Below the pieces are notes generated by a model. It did no database searches. It saw nothing but the letters and a program-made list of their open reading frames with translations, and was not told where the DNA came from. The position numbers and the translations under genes are program-made. Positions 1 to 9,608 of a stretch of DNA of 64,000 bases are shown piece after piece (position 1 is the stretch's first letter; every line of letters starts with the position of its first letter). This DNA comes from Methylococcaceae bacterium TMED69 (GTDB taxonomy: Bacteria > Pseudomonadota > Gammaproteobacteria > Ga0077536): the NCBI GenBank assembly GCA_002170535.1, contig NHDW01000004.1, positions 250,190-314,189 of the forward strand. The letters run 5' to 3'.

Positions 1-624
1 CATGTCTAGCCCCATTGCCTGACTGTATTCAATGACTTTCATAAACACAGGGCGTAAACTTTCGAATTGGTCTATATGATAGCAATAGGGTTCAGTAACT
101 CCTCCATTTGGTTTTCCGTCTTCCCCGCGTTTTAGCCACATCATTTCTGGTTCTGTGCCTGCTCTTAACTCCATTCCGTACTTTTCCTTGAACCTTGAAT
201 GAGCCCTCTTGAGATTACCTCTACAATCGGAGGTCAGAAATGCACCCGGATTTTCACGTTCCTCTCTATTCCTAAAACACACGCAGTATACCCTTGCTAC
301 TCTTTTATCCCACGGTAGTTGGCAGAAGGTATCAGGGTCTGGGATACCGACTAACTCCATAGCTTCGGGTCCATAACCTATGTATTGATCATGTCTATCT
401 ATAAACAGGTTTGCAGTTGAGCCATAAACTAGTTGAAATCCTCTTGAGGCCGTTCTTTCCCAATGGTCTGCCGGTATTCCTTTTCCAACTATTCTGCCGG
501 TAACCGAAATAAACTGATAATAAATATATTGTATATTCAGCTCATTAATTTTACTTCTTACTTTTTTGACCAGTTCAGCTCTTTGTTTGTCAGCAACATA
601 TCTCTCAAGGTCGGTTTCACTCAC
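1..624 (-). CDS. Glutamine synthetase family protein (PuuA/GMAS/GlnA-like). N-terminal part only; the gene runs off the window start. A GTG start at 624-622 is preceded by AAGGGGA.
   Basis: Reverse-strand translation gives MSETDLERYVADKQRAELVKKVRSKINELNIQYIYYQFISVTGRIVGKGIPADHWE...GTEPEMMWL. This matches the GS beta-grasp and start of the catalytic domain (compare E. coli PuuA VDVLLTDLNG...ELEFYL). The open frame continues to position 1. Confidence 0.6.
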   Translation of the reverse strand, partial: MSETDLERYVADKQRAELVKKVRSKINELNIQYIYYQFISVTGRIVGKGIPADHWERTASRGFQLVYGSTANLFIDRHDQYIGYGPEAMELVGIPDPDTFCQLPWDKRVARVYCVCFRNREERENPGAFLTSDCRGNLKRAHSRFKEKYGMELRAGTEPEMMWLKRGEDGKPNGGVTEPYCYHIDQFESLRPVFMKVIEYSQAMGLDM

Positions 625-695
625 TCTAAGTCCCCTTATTTAAAAAATTAATAACCTGTGTAAACAGATAAAAATGGTAATTTGCGTTTTTTTAA

Positions 696-2033
696 TTAGC
701 TCCACGGGAAGGGGCTATTTGAAGTCGGATGCGATTCTTTTTCTTCGTATCTTGAAAACCTGAAAGGTGCCAACAATGAAGAAGGTTCTCCCATAAGCTT
801 TTCAGCCACAAGTTTTCCTACCCCCAACATTTTGTAGCCATGATTAGAATCGGCAATTATGTAACAGTTTTGTCGAAACTCGTCAAAAATAGGAAAACTA
901 TCAGGACTGAAAGCGCCTATGCCACCAGAGGGTTCTTTCTTGAATAGTCCTGACATACCTTCAAATCGTTTTTGACAGTGTGAGAGCGCACTACACCAAG
1001 AATAAGCGAAATCTGGGCCTACTACGAAATCGGGGGACGCAGGACCATAAGGATCCACCTTCACTGAGTCCGGTTCAGACTGAACTATAAAGGGTGCAGA
1101 ACCGCCCTGAATTCCTCCAAAATGAAAGTCTGGCTTGTAATAAATACCCCAAAGTTTCTCAGTAATCATTTCCCCCTCTTCACCCACAAGAGGAGCATCA
1201 GAGTCAACATGAATAACTGGTGGTTTGTCTCCTGAGTCGGTCTTCAGCATGTTTGGGTCCACTCCGAGAGTTCCTTCTTGAAGTGACCAGTAGATCCACA
1301 TAGGCACTTCTTTTTGCTTTCCGTCTTTTCCTGTAATTTTAACTGTTTTAGGAAGCTCTAGATGCTCCCAAATTGATTTAATCCAAGGCCCGGCTCCAAC
1401 TACGAGGTATTCGCAATTAATATCGCCCTTATCGGTTTCTAGAGCTTTAACTGCTTCTGATTGGTTGTCGAATTTAAACCCAGTAACCGTTACACCAGTA
1501 AGGATTTTGACACCCTCGTTTTCTGCTTTTTTTGCAAGACCGTAGACGGATTTACTGTTATTCGCGTATCCGCCACGCTTTTCATGTAGTACGGACGTAA
1601 TTCCTTGTGCTCTCCAATCTGAAAAAATCGATTTCATATATTCGGAGGAATCACTTGTTCCTTCAATAAACTCCGATTCATATCCTATCGCCCGCTGTTG
1701 TTCAAAAATTGAATTAACGTCTTGTCTCATACATTCTGGAGAGATTTGCATGTAACCAACTGGATGATAACTAAACGCTTCTGGATCGCTTTCCCATACT
1801 TCGACGCATTGAGCCATCAGCTCTCTCATTGCCGGTTGATAATAGTTATTTCTTACTACCCCGCATGCTATACCAGAGGCGCCAGCTCCTATTCCGCCCT
1901 TATCGATTACAAGAATATCAGCCCCATTTCCTTTGCCATTTTTTTTCAATTCAAGTGCTAAATGGTACGCCGTGCTTAAGCCGTGGATCCCTGCTCCAAT
2001 TATCGCATACTTGGTATTTTTAAAACTTGTCAT
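696..2033 (-). CDS. FAD-dependent oxidoreductase, sarcosine oxidase beta subunit / N-methylglutamate dehydrogenase MgdA-like (DAO family)
   Basis: N-terminal dinucleotide-binding motif KYAIIGAGIHGLSTAYHLA. The GAGIHGLSTAYHLA...RNNYYQP segment is similar to SoxB GGGGHGLATAYYLA...RSNYLWD. Length 445 aa. Confidence 0.7.
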   Translation of the reverse strand: MTSFKNTKYAIIGAGIHGLSTAYHLALELKKNGKGNGADILVIDKGGIGAGASGIACGVVRNNYYQPAMRELMAQCVEVWESDPEAFSYHPVGYMQISPECMRQDVNSIFEQQRAIGYESEFIEGTSDSSEYMKSIFSDWRAQGITSVLHEKRGGYANNSKSVYGLAKKAENEGVKILTGVTVTGFKFDNQSEAVKALETDKGDINCEYLVVGAGPWIKSIWEHLELPKTVKITGKDGKQKEVPMWIYWSLQEGTLGVDPNMLKTDSGDKPPVIHVDSDAPLVGEEGEMITEKLWGIYYKPDFHFGGIQGGSAPFIVQSEPDSVKVDPYGPASPDFVVGPDFAYSWCSALSHCQKRFEGMSGLFKKEPSGGIGAFSPDSFPIFDEFRQNCYIIADSNHGYKMLGVGKLVAEKLMGEPSSLLAPFRFSRYEEKESHPTSNSPFPWS

Positions 2034-2111
2034 TTATAAAGACCTCTTACAGTGCTGCCCAGAGGTTAGATATACAGCTTAGAAACAATGGTTGCAAGTG
2101 GTTTGAGAGAA

Positions 2112-2627
2112 TTATTTTGTAGGTTTAAAAGTTAAGGCTAATCCGTTGTTACACCATCTTAGGAAAGTAGGAGCGGGCCCATCTTTAAAAACGTGTCCTT
2201 GATGACCTCCACAATTTCGGCAGTGGTATTCTGCGCGGGGAAAGAGTAATTTGAAATCTAGCCTTTTTGAGAGGCTTCCCTCGACATGATCGTAGAAAGA
2301 AGGCCAGCCAGTACCGCTATCGTATTTCATATCCGAAGTAAAAATTAGATTATCGCATTTTGCGCAATGATAGGTTCCCTTTCTATTTTCATATAACAAG
2401 TGGCTGGAAAAAGGGGGCTCAGTACCATTTTGCTCTAGTATTTTTTTTGCCTCTGTGCTTAAACCTATTGCTTGTTTGGTTTGGCTATTTGAAGGCTCCG
2501 AGTTAGCATCTATCTTATCGGTCTCACCAGCACTTATTTCTTTGGTCAGCTTTAGGATCATTGTGCTCAAGCCTAAAGCCAAAAAGAAAAATTTGATAAA
2601 AAATTTTCGCCGTCCAAAAGATTTCAT
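2112..2627 (-). CDS. msrB: Peptide-methionine (R)-S-oxide reductase MsrB with N-terminal signal peptide
   Basis: SelR-domain motifs GTYHCAKCDNLIFTSDMKYDSGTGWPSF and CRNCGGHQGHVF. Hydrophobic N-terminus. Confidence 0.85.
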   Translation of the reverse strand: MKSFGRRKFFIKFFFLALGLSTMILKLTKEISAGETDKIDANSEPSNSQTKQAIGLSTEAKKILEQNGTEPPFSSHLLYENRKGTYHCAKCDNLIFTSDMKYDSGTGWPSFYDHVEGSLSKRLDFKLLFPRAEYHCRNCGGHQGHVFKDGPAPTFLRWCNNGLALTFKPTK

Positions 2628-4219
2628 TTCTCGGTTTCACCGGAAAGGTAGGTTTTGATGTAGTCGTCTAAATCATAATATTCACTCTCAGCTTCTAATT
2701 GACTCTGTTTTTTTTGTGATTGGCTATTTACGGACTCAAAATAAGAGGTTTTGTTAAGTCTTAGATAATCCTTGCTAATTTGTTCGGCATGTTGATTAGC
2801 TAAATCAAAATTGAAATCCTGATATTCTTGATGAGAATCTACTAACAGTTGATGAAATCTAGCGGAAGGTAGCAAGTCAGGATTTTTCAGTAAGTTCATT
2901 TGATTTTGTAGGGCTTGACTGTACTTTTTTGTTTGATATGAGCTATCTAAGGCTTCTCCGATAGGAATCATTTTTCGTAATAAATAATTCGACCAATCTA
3001 TAATGGAGATTTTTCTTTCACCTGTATTTTTTATAAGTGCTAAATTTGGTTGCCTACCCCTTAAAGCCACTGATAAGTCATTGTATTCTAAAACCTCATG
3101 TTCTGTCTCGGAAATAGGTGGGCTATTTTCTAGTAGGCAATAAATTAAAAAAATCTCACAAAAAAGCATGCAATCTTCATCAATACCGAAAGCATTGAAA
3201 GGATTAACGTCTAAACCTCTCATTTCGATATAGTCTATTCCATTTTTTTGAAGTGAGACAGAAGGTCTCTGACCCTCCAGTGCAGTTCCTTTTGGTCTGA
3301 TAGACGAATAGTACTCATTTTCTATTTGCAACAAGTTCGCGCTTAATTGGATTTGTTTGTTTTCTTCATAAATTCCGATCGCTTCATATTCGGGGTACGG
3401 TGTTTTCATTGCGGTTATTAGTGCATCTATGTATTGCTCCAAACTGTTTAAGTTGATTTTTAAATGAGATTGATTTTTGTTTTTATATCCAACATCACTC
3501 ATTCTGAGACTGGTACCATAAGGTGCTACAAGCGAATTTTCCATGATGGCTTTGAATCTGCTGCTTCTTTGGGGCAAATATGATTTACAACATGCGGGGG
3601 AGCTACCAAATAATAATAAAATTAACCATCCAAATCGAAGGTAATTTCTTGCCATACTCAAGTAAGTAGAATTTCTCCTCAAGTTTCCAGAATTATTTTC
3701 CCTAGCTGGAAATAATTCTTTTTCAAATTCCCAAAAACGTTCTGGTAGTGAATAATTAAAATGTATTCCGGCTATTGCCTGCATTCTTCTACCATATCTG
3801 TAGTCTAAGCCGAGTCTATAAATGTGCCGCATCCGCCCTGCGTTTGATTTACCATATTCTGCAATCGGTATATCTTTGTCGTCATTTATCTGGCAAGGCA
3901 TACTGTTGTTCCAAAGAACTTCATCTTGCGGAATCGTGCTTAGCGCAAAATTATGGATATCTTTCAAAAAATCGAGTGTTTTATCCGTGTTTTCAAAGGG
4001 TGGGGTGATGAATTCAGGCAGTGCTTCTGAATAATCGGTTGTTATATGAGGATTAGTTAGGGCAGATCCCCATTTACTCGGATGTGGGAGTCTTGATATA
4101 GAGCCTGATTGAGTGATTCGCAGGCTTTCCTTCTCAAGCCCTTTGAGTCCTTTACTTATAAAACGACTATTCTTGCCGGTTGTAAGTAATTTAATCTTTT
4201 CTTCAAAAGTTAAGCTCAT
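2624..4219 (-). CDS. gshA: Glutamate--cysteine ligase (gamma-glutamylcysteine synthetase, E. coli GshA type)
   Basis: The N-terminus GLEKESLRITQSGSISRLPHPSKWGSALTNPHITTDYSEALPEFITPP aligns with E. coli GshA GLERETLRV...[28 protein letters not shown]. Length 531 aa. Confidence 0.9.
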   Translation of the reverse strand: MSLTFEEKIKLLTTGKNSRFISKGLKGLEKESLRITQSGSISRLPHPSKWGSALTNPHITTDYSEALPEFITPPFENTDKTLDFLKDIHNFALSTIPQDEVLWNNSMPCQINDDKDIPIAEYGKSNAGRMRHIYRLGLDYRYGRRMQAIAGIHFNYSLPERFWEFEKELFPARENNSGNLRRNSTYLSMARNYLRFGWLILLLFGSSPACCKSYLPQRSSRFKAIMENSLVAPYGTSLRMSDVGYKNKNQSHLKINLNSLEQYIDALITAMKTPYPEYEAIGIYEENKQIQLSANLLQIENEYYSSIRPKGTALEGQRPSVSLQKNGIDYIEMRGLDVNPFNAFGIDEDCMLFCEIFLIYCLLENSPPISETEHEVLEYNDLSVALRGRQPNLALIKNTGERKISIIDWSNYLLRKMIPIGEALDSSYQTKKYSQALQNQMNLLKNPDLLPSARFHQLLVDSHQEYQDFNFDLANQHAEQISKDYLRLNKTSYFESVNSQSQKKQSQLEAESEYYDLDDYIKTYLSGETEK

Positions 4220-5685
4220 TATTCGCGCTGAAGACTCAATTTCAAATTATTTTGAGCTAATTGTGCTGCTTGAAATACAGCTTTCCCTTTATTAATTGTT
4301 TCCTCCCATTCAGATTCCGGTTGGGAATCAGCGACTACTCCACAACCTGCTTGAACATATAAAATTTTATTTTTAATTATTCCTGTTCTGATTGCTATGG
4401 CTGTATCCATTTCACCTGTCCATGAGATATACCCCACTGCGCCGCCATAGATTCCTCTTATTGATGGTTCTAGCTCATCGATTATTTCTATTGCACGAAT
4501 TTTTGGCGCCCCAGAAAGTGTGCCTACAGGAAGAGTGGCTCGCAGGATATCAAATGCATTTTTATCTTTTCTAAGCAGACCTTCTACATTTGACGAAATA
4601 TGCATCACGTGGGAAAAGCGTTCGATTACCATTTTTTCGGTTACCTCGACTGATCCAGTTGCGCATATTTTTCCAATGTCATTTCTTCCCAAATCTATTA
4701 ACATTAAATGTTCGGCTAGCTCTTTTGGATCGTTCAAAAGCTCAATTTCTAGTCTATTGTCTTCTTCTGGTGTTTGTCCTCTAGGCCGTGTTCCAGCTAA
4801 TGGCCTGGTTGTAACCAAATTATCTTCATATCTAACAAGAATCTCGGGAGAAGAGCCGACAATATGGAACTCACCAAAATCAAAATAAAAGAGATAGGGA
4901 GACGGATTTAAATATCTTAGCGCTCGGTAAAGATTTATTGGCTTCTCGTGAAATTCCGTCCAAAAACGTTGCGATAAAACTACTTGCATCGCATCACCTT
5001 CATTTATGTAATCTTTTATTCGGTCTACGGCGAGCAAAAAGTCTTCTTTTTTAAATTCAGATTTAATATCTAACTTTTTTTCGAATTGGGCATCAACAGA
5101 GGGGGGGGTTGGGCTAGCATTTTGACTCAAAGTTAAGCATATTTCTGCTATCGTATCTTCACTATTTTCTTTTGCACTGAGATCGCCTTTTTCGAAATAT
5201 TTCACTATGGTTAATTCGTTTTTAAGGTTATCGAAAACCACGAAGTTGTCTACGAATAAAAGTAATATATCAGGAGTTTCAAGATTATCTTTATGATTTA
5301 TAAAACCAAGCTTTTTCTCTGTGTATCTAACTGTGTCAAAGCTAAAGTAACCAACAAGGCCTCCGCAAAATCTAGGGAGATTCCCGGTATTTTTAACCGC
5401 AAAGTTGTTTTTATAATCTTCAATTATTTTAAGAGGATCATCTGTTTGAATGGTTTGCACAACAATATCATTTTCCAGAATTTTCAGTTCTTTGCCACGC
5501 ACAATAACGCTTTTTTTAGAAGCAAGCCCGATTACTGAATATCTACCCCATTTTTCTCCGCCTTCGACCGATTCTAACAGGAATGTATTTTTTTTATTAG
5601 CTAGTTTTAGATAAATACTAAGCGGAGTTTCTGTGTCTGCAATTATTTTTTTAATCGCAGGTTCCAAAGAAATAGTTTCTGTCAT
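4219..5685 (-). CDS. trpE: Anthranilate synthase component I
   Basis: LLESVEGGEKWGRYSVIGL TrpE signature, plus chorismate-binding C-terminal motifs (LAGTRPRG, GAVGYISWTGEMD). Length 488 aa. Confidence 0.85.
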   Translation of the reverse strand: MTETISLEPAIKKIIADTETPLSIYLKLANKKNTFLLESVEGGEKWGRYSVIGLASKKSVIVRGKELKILENDIVVQTIQTDDPLKIIEDYKNNFAVKNTGNLPRFCGGLVGYFSFDTVRYTEKKLGFINHKDNLETPDILLLFVDNFVVFDNLKNELTIVKYFEKGDLSAKENSEDTIAEICLTLSQNASPTPPSVDAQFEKKLDIKSEFKKEDFLLAVDRIKDYINEGDAMQVVLSQRFWTEFHEKPINLYRALRYLNPSPYLFYFDFGEFHIVGSSPEILVRYEDNLVTTRPLAGTRPRGQTPEEDNRLEIELLNDPKELAEHLMLIDLGRNDIGKICATGSVEVTEKMVIERFSHVMHISSNVEGLLRKDKNAFDILRATLPVGTLSGAPKIRAIEIIDELEPSIRGIYGGAVGYISWTGEMDTAIAIRTGIIKNKILYVQAGCGVVADSQPESEWEETINKGKAVFQAAQLAQNNLKLSLQRE

Positions 5686-5686
5686 C

Positions 5687-7192
5687 TCAAAGAGCCTTTA
5701 TTCCATTCTTGTTTCCTAGAATATAGGAACCCAATAAAGCTACGGTGGTATTTGGTAAAAGACCAATTAATCCAGCGTGAATTCCGTACACCTTACCATT
5801 TTCAACAAAGTTAAATCCACCAAATGGTAAAACCAAGGAAACTGCTAATCCACAAACCAGCCCCATCAGTACGGCCTGGCCATTTAATTTGTTACAATGA
5901 AGCCCAATTATAAAAGCTGGTATGAGTTGTACTAAGAGATCAATTTTTCTGTCTAAAAGCTGGATTAAGGATGTGTTATCTTTGAGTAGGAAACAAAAAC
6001 AGACAAGAATGAAAATCACACTCCACGATATCTTTTTTGAAGTCTTTAGTAAGTTTGATTGAGTTGCTTGCGATCTGAAAAAACGTTGAATAATGTCCTT
6101 TGTCGCCATGGATGATATTGACAATAGCGCAGAATCAGACGTTGACATCATTGCTGCCAAAACTGCTGACAATGTGACAATAACCATCATATAACCTAGC
6201 CCTGATCTGCTTGATATCTCCTTGAGAACCAAACCGAACGCTTTGTCTGTTTGAGGTCCTTCCAAACCTGGGAAGTAAGCGAGAGCGAAAATGCCAGCTG
6301 ACACCGCTATAAGCATTGTCGGTAAAGGCATGAAAGCCATTACAGACAAGCTTTTCCTAAGGTCTCTCTCGCTCCTTGATGCGAAAATTCTTTGAATAGC
6401 CTGTGGGTAAAGACATACTCCGAACCCGACGCTAATGATATAACTTCCCCACGATATTAATGTTTTTGTTTCTGGGATTTTTGCATAGTTAGTCCCTGTT
6501 TCTTGGTCTCTAGTTATTAAGATATTGGTAGCTTTTTCTAAACTACCAAAATTATCAAACATCAAAAGTAATAAAAAAAAGAACCCAAAAAATAATATTA
6601 TTCCCTGTATTACGTCTGTCCAAGCTACCGCTCTAATACCGCCAAGAGATCCGTAAATTACCATTATCAAGGCGAGGCCTAGCACGCCAAACTCAAAAGT
6701 ATTTGATCCCTCTATTGGAGATAATCCTTCTACGGCGCGTCCCATTGCAATGAGTTGGGCTATCACGAAATTGCACAAGACAATTATCATGATTAGGCAA
6801 ATTAGTAGGGTTAACAATCGATTATTGTAGCGATACTGAATAAAGTCGCAAGGGGTCAAAAACCTTTTGTCATTAGATAGCTTATAAAGCTTGAGGGCAA
6901 ATGTTAAGTAAGCTGCAACTACCGCAGTCATAAAATGCAGACAAAGTATCCAACTAAACCCGTTTCGATATGTTGCGCCAGTGAATCCAAAAAAAGTATT
7001 GCCACTGTACTGCGTGGCGAATAAAGTTAAAAATAATACTCCAAAACCAAACCCCTTTCCGGCAAGATAAAAGTCTGACAGGGTATCTTCTTTTAAAGAT
7101 TTTTTTGCGATGAAACCCAAGACGATTAATGAAACGAGATAAAAGATAATAAATAGTGAGCCACCTACTCCCAATGAAGGAAGATTATTCAT
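5687..7192 (-). CDS. Sodium:solute symporter family (SSS) transporter
   Basis: 501 aa polytopic membrane protein. The N-terminus ...FYLAGKGFGFGVLFLTLFATQYSGNTFFGFTGATY is typical of SSS/PutP-like transporters. Confidence 0.75.
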   Translation of the reverse strand: MNNLPSLGVGGSLFIIFYLVSLIVLGFIAKKSLKEDTLSDFYLAGKGFGFGVLFLTLFATQYSGNTFFGFTGATYRNGFSWILCLHFMTAVVAAYLTFALKLYKLSNDKRFLTPCDFIQYRYNNRLLTLLICLIMIIVLCNFVIAQLIAMGRAVEGLSPIEGSNTFEFGVLGLALIMVIYGSLGGIRAVAWTDVIQGIILFFGFFFLLLLMFDNFGSLEKATNILITRDQETGTNYAKIPETKTLISWGSYIISVGFGVCLYPQAIQRIFASRSERDLRKSLSVMAFMPLPTMLIAVSAGIFALAYFPGLEGPQTDKAFGLVLKEISSRSGLGYMMVIVTLSAVLAAMMSTSDSALLSISSMATKDIIQRFFRSQATQSNLLKTSKKISWSVIFILVCFCFLLKDNTSLIQLLDRKIDLLVQLIPAFIIGLHCNKLNGQAVLMGLVCGLAVSLVLPFGGFNFVENGKVYGIHAGLIGLLPNTTVALLGSYILGNKNGIKAL

Positions 7193-7361
7193 CAGTTTTA
7201 TCGCTAAGCAAAATTGCTATTGTAATTGAAGCGAGTACAGACATCGCGATGGCATTTAGAACCCACAAAGGCAGGCCGAAAAAAGTCGTTTCGAATCGTT
7301 CTACCCAAAACCAGGGGATCCCTAAGAAAAGAAATAAAAAAGGGAGGCATTTTCTAAACAT
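7185..7361 (-). CDS. Small two-TM membrane protein, putative SSS-transporter accessory subunit (DUF3311/DUF4212-like). Not in the provided ORF track.
   Basis: Reverse-strand ORF MFRKCLPFLFLFLGIPWFWVERFETTFFGLPLWVLNAIAMSVLASITIAILLSDKTDE (58 aa). Its TAA stop overlaps the symporter ATG (..ACTGATGAATAA..), implying translational coupling. Two predicted hydrophobic helices. Confidence 0.55.
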   Translation of the reverse strand: MFRKCLPFLFLFLGIPWFWVERFETTFFGLPLWVLNAIAMSVLASITIAILLSDKTDE

Positions 7362-7378
7362 GTTGATTGGAATCTATT

Positions 7379-8557
7379 TTATCGACGTAAGACGTTTACT
7401 GCATTCGCCAGACCATCTGTTGTTAAAGGAAACATTCTTTCAGAAAAAATCTCTTTTACCATAGTTATCGATTGTATACTGTTCCAATATTGTATTGGTT
7501 GCGGATTGAGCCAAACAGCCTTTGGAAAATTTTTTAGCATTCGTGAAATCCAGGTGAACCCTGCTTCTTCATTCCAATGTTCGACGCTTCCACCGACTGA
7601 TCCTATTTCGTATGGGCTCATTGTCGCATCACCAACGAAAAATACTTTATAATTTGAATTAAAGGTGTTGATTATCTCGGTAGTTGGCACCCTAGAATTC
7701 ATACGCATACTATTATCCTTCCATAAAGATTCATAAATGAAATTGTGGAAATAATAATATTCGAGGTATTTAAATTCACTTTTCGCTGCAGAAAATAATT
7801 GTTCAGTGAGACGAATATATGGATCCATTGAGCCGCCTACGTCTAAGAATAGTAAGATTTTGATAGAATTTGTTTTCTCGGCTTCAAGTTTGAGATCAAG
7901 AAACCCCCCATTTTTTGCTGTTGAACTGATCGTATTGTCTAAGTCTAGTTGGTCTTTTATTCCGTGACGCGCTAATCTCCTCAATTGTCGAAGTGCAACT
8001 TTTATATTTCTGGTTCCGAGCTCGATATTTTCGTCGAGGTTTTTATAGACCCTTCTATCCCACACCTTCACAGCTGTTTTCTGACCATTTTGATGATCGC
8101 CGATTTTTACGCCTTCTGGATTGAAACCCTTACTACCAAAAGGGGAACGTCCGGCAGTACCAATCCATTTATTACCACCTTTGTGTTTTTTTGTTTGTTC
8201 TTCAAGTCTTTTTCTAAATTCTTCTAGAAGTTTTTCAAGTCCACCTAATGATTCGATTAATTTCTTCTCTTCTTCACTGAGCTGGAGGACGTCGGGATTC
8301 TCCAGCCATTCTAATGGTATTGATTCTAATATTTTTTCAATTGTTAACTCGTTCCCTTCTATATAATTAGAAAATACGAGATCGAAACGATCAAAGTGTT
8401 TTTCATCTTTGATCAAGCAGCTCCTCGCTAGATAGTAAAAGTTGTCAAGATCAATAGTTATAATATTTTTCTCTAGCGCCCTCAAAAGCATGAGGTACTC
8501 AGTTATAGATACGGGGATATCCGCATGCCGTAGGTCATCGAAAAATTTAGTTAGCAC
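7379..8557 (-). CDS. VWA-domain protein, CoxE-like (COG3552)
   Basis: The N-terminus FFDDLRHADIPVSITEYLMLLRALEKN...FYYLARSCLIKDEKHFDRFDLVF matches the CoxE-like family. The C-terminal half carries a VWA/MIDAS-type fold (ILLFLDVGGSMDPY). It overlaps the upstream MoxR gene by 11 nt. Confidence 0.7.
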   Translation of the reverse strand: MLTKFFDDLRHADIPVSITEYLMLLRALEKNIITIDLDNFYYLARSCLIKDEKHFDRFDLVFSNYIEGNELTIEKILESIPLEWLENPDVLQLSEEEKKLIESLGGLEKLLEEFRKRLEEQTKKHKGGNKWIGTAGRSPFGSKGFNPEGVKIGDHQNGQKTAVKVWDRRVYKNLDENIELGTRNIKVALRQLRRLARHGIKDQLDLDNTISSTAKNGGFLDLKLEAEKTNSIKILLFLDVGGSMDPYIRLTEQLFSAAKSEFKYLEYYYFHNFIYESLWKDNSMRMNSRVPTTEIINTFNSNYKVFFVGDATMSPYEIGSVGGSVEHWNEEAGFTWISRMLKNFPKAVWLNPQPIQYWNSIQSITMVKEIFSERMFPLTTDGLANAVNVLRR

Positions 8558-9401
8558 TATTCCTCCTAGATAAAAAAACTAGCCTCTCAAATAGATGCAT
8601 ATCCTGCTCATTTTTTAAAAGTGCACCGTATAATTTAGGAATTGCTTTCTGTGTATCTTTTTCTCTAAGCGCCTCAGGCGGAATATCTTCGGCAACAAGT
8701 AACTTTATCCAATCAAGTAATTCTGATGTGGTCGGTTTCTTTTTCAATCCAGGAATTTCACGAAGCTCAAAAAAACATTCAAGCGCTTCATTTATTAATT
8801 TTTTCTTTATTTTTGGGAAATGGACGTTAATGATCTCAATCATTGTCTCTTTATCTGGAAATGCAATGTAGTGAAAAAAGCACCTACGTAGAAAAGCATC
8901 AGGAAGCTCTTTTTCATTATTACTTGTTATTATAATAATTGGTTTATTATTTGCTTTTATCAGTTTTTTTGTTTCATAAACGAAAAATTCCATTCTGTCT
9001 AATTCTCTGAGTAAATCATTGGGAAATTCGACATCAGCCTTATCGATTTCATCAATCAGTAAAATGGGCTGTTCTTCTGAAAGGAACGTTTCCCAAAGCT
9101 TCCCTTTAACAATATAATTTGATATGTCATTGACTTTCTCATCACCTAACTGAGAGTCCCTTAATCTAGCCACAGCATCATATTCGTAGAGTCCTTGAGC
9201 CGCTTTTGTGGTAGATTTAATGTGCCACTCAATTAAAGGTTTCCCAAGTGCTCTTGCCATTTCTTCAGCTAGCATAGTCTTCCCAGTGCCGGGTTCGCCT
9301 TTTATGAGAAGTGGTTTCTCTAATGTTACAGCCGCGTTGACGGCAATCATTAAATCTTCGGTGGCTACATATTTTTTACTTCCAGTGAATTTTTCTGACA
9401 T
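8547..9401 (-). CDS. AAA+ ATPase of the MoxR/CoxD/CbbQ subfamily
   Basis: Walker A GEPGTGKT, Walker B LLIDEID, sensor regions, length 284 aa. Paired with the VWA protein as in CoxD-CoxE / CbbQ-CbbO systems. Confidence 0.75.
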   Translation of the reverse strand: MSEKFTGSKKYVATEDLMIAVNAAVTLEKPLLIKGEPGTGKTMLAEEMARALGKPLIEWHIKSTTKAAQGLYEYDAVARLRDSQLGDEKVNDISNYIVKGKLWETFLSEEQPILLIDEIDKADVEFPNDLLRELDRMEFFVYETKKLIKANNKPIIIITSNNEKELPDAFLRRCFFHYIAFPDKETMIEIINVHFPKIKKKLINEALECFFELREIPGLKKKPTTSELLDWIKLLVAEDIPPEALREKDTQKAIPKLYGALLKNEQDMHLFERLVFLSRRNSAN

Positions 9402-9608
9402 GTTTTCGCGCCTGAATATTAAATTAATTATTATTTTACTAGTTTAATTTCGCATATTAAACGTTTCTTTTCCCAGAAAGCTCATTAATTTAATATTTTA
9501 TTTTTTTTAGTATGAGCTTAAAAGTCTCGCTTTTTCTTCGGTTTGCACGCCTTGATTAATAATTTGAAAAAATTTATTGATCAACTTTGATAGAATGAGC
9601 GTTCAATT

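Noticed and set aside
7156-7464. 102-aa + strand ORF in the symporter/VWA spacer
   Set aside because: It overlaps the 5' end of the symporter gene and the better-supported minus-strand small-subunit ORF (7185-7361), which is translationally coupled to the symporter. The + strand product has no recognisable features.
9402-9608. AT-rich divergent intergenic region between the MoxR-like gene and the M16C protease, examined for promoters or ncRNA
   Set aside because: Candidate -35/-10 hexamers (TTGATC...TAGAAT) have an 8-bp spacer, which is incompatible with a sigma70 promoter. There is no conserved structure suggestive of an RNA gene, so it is left unannotated.
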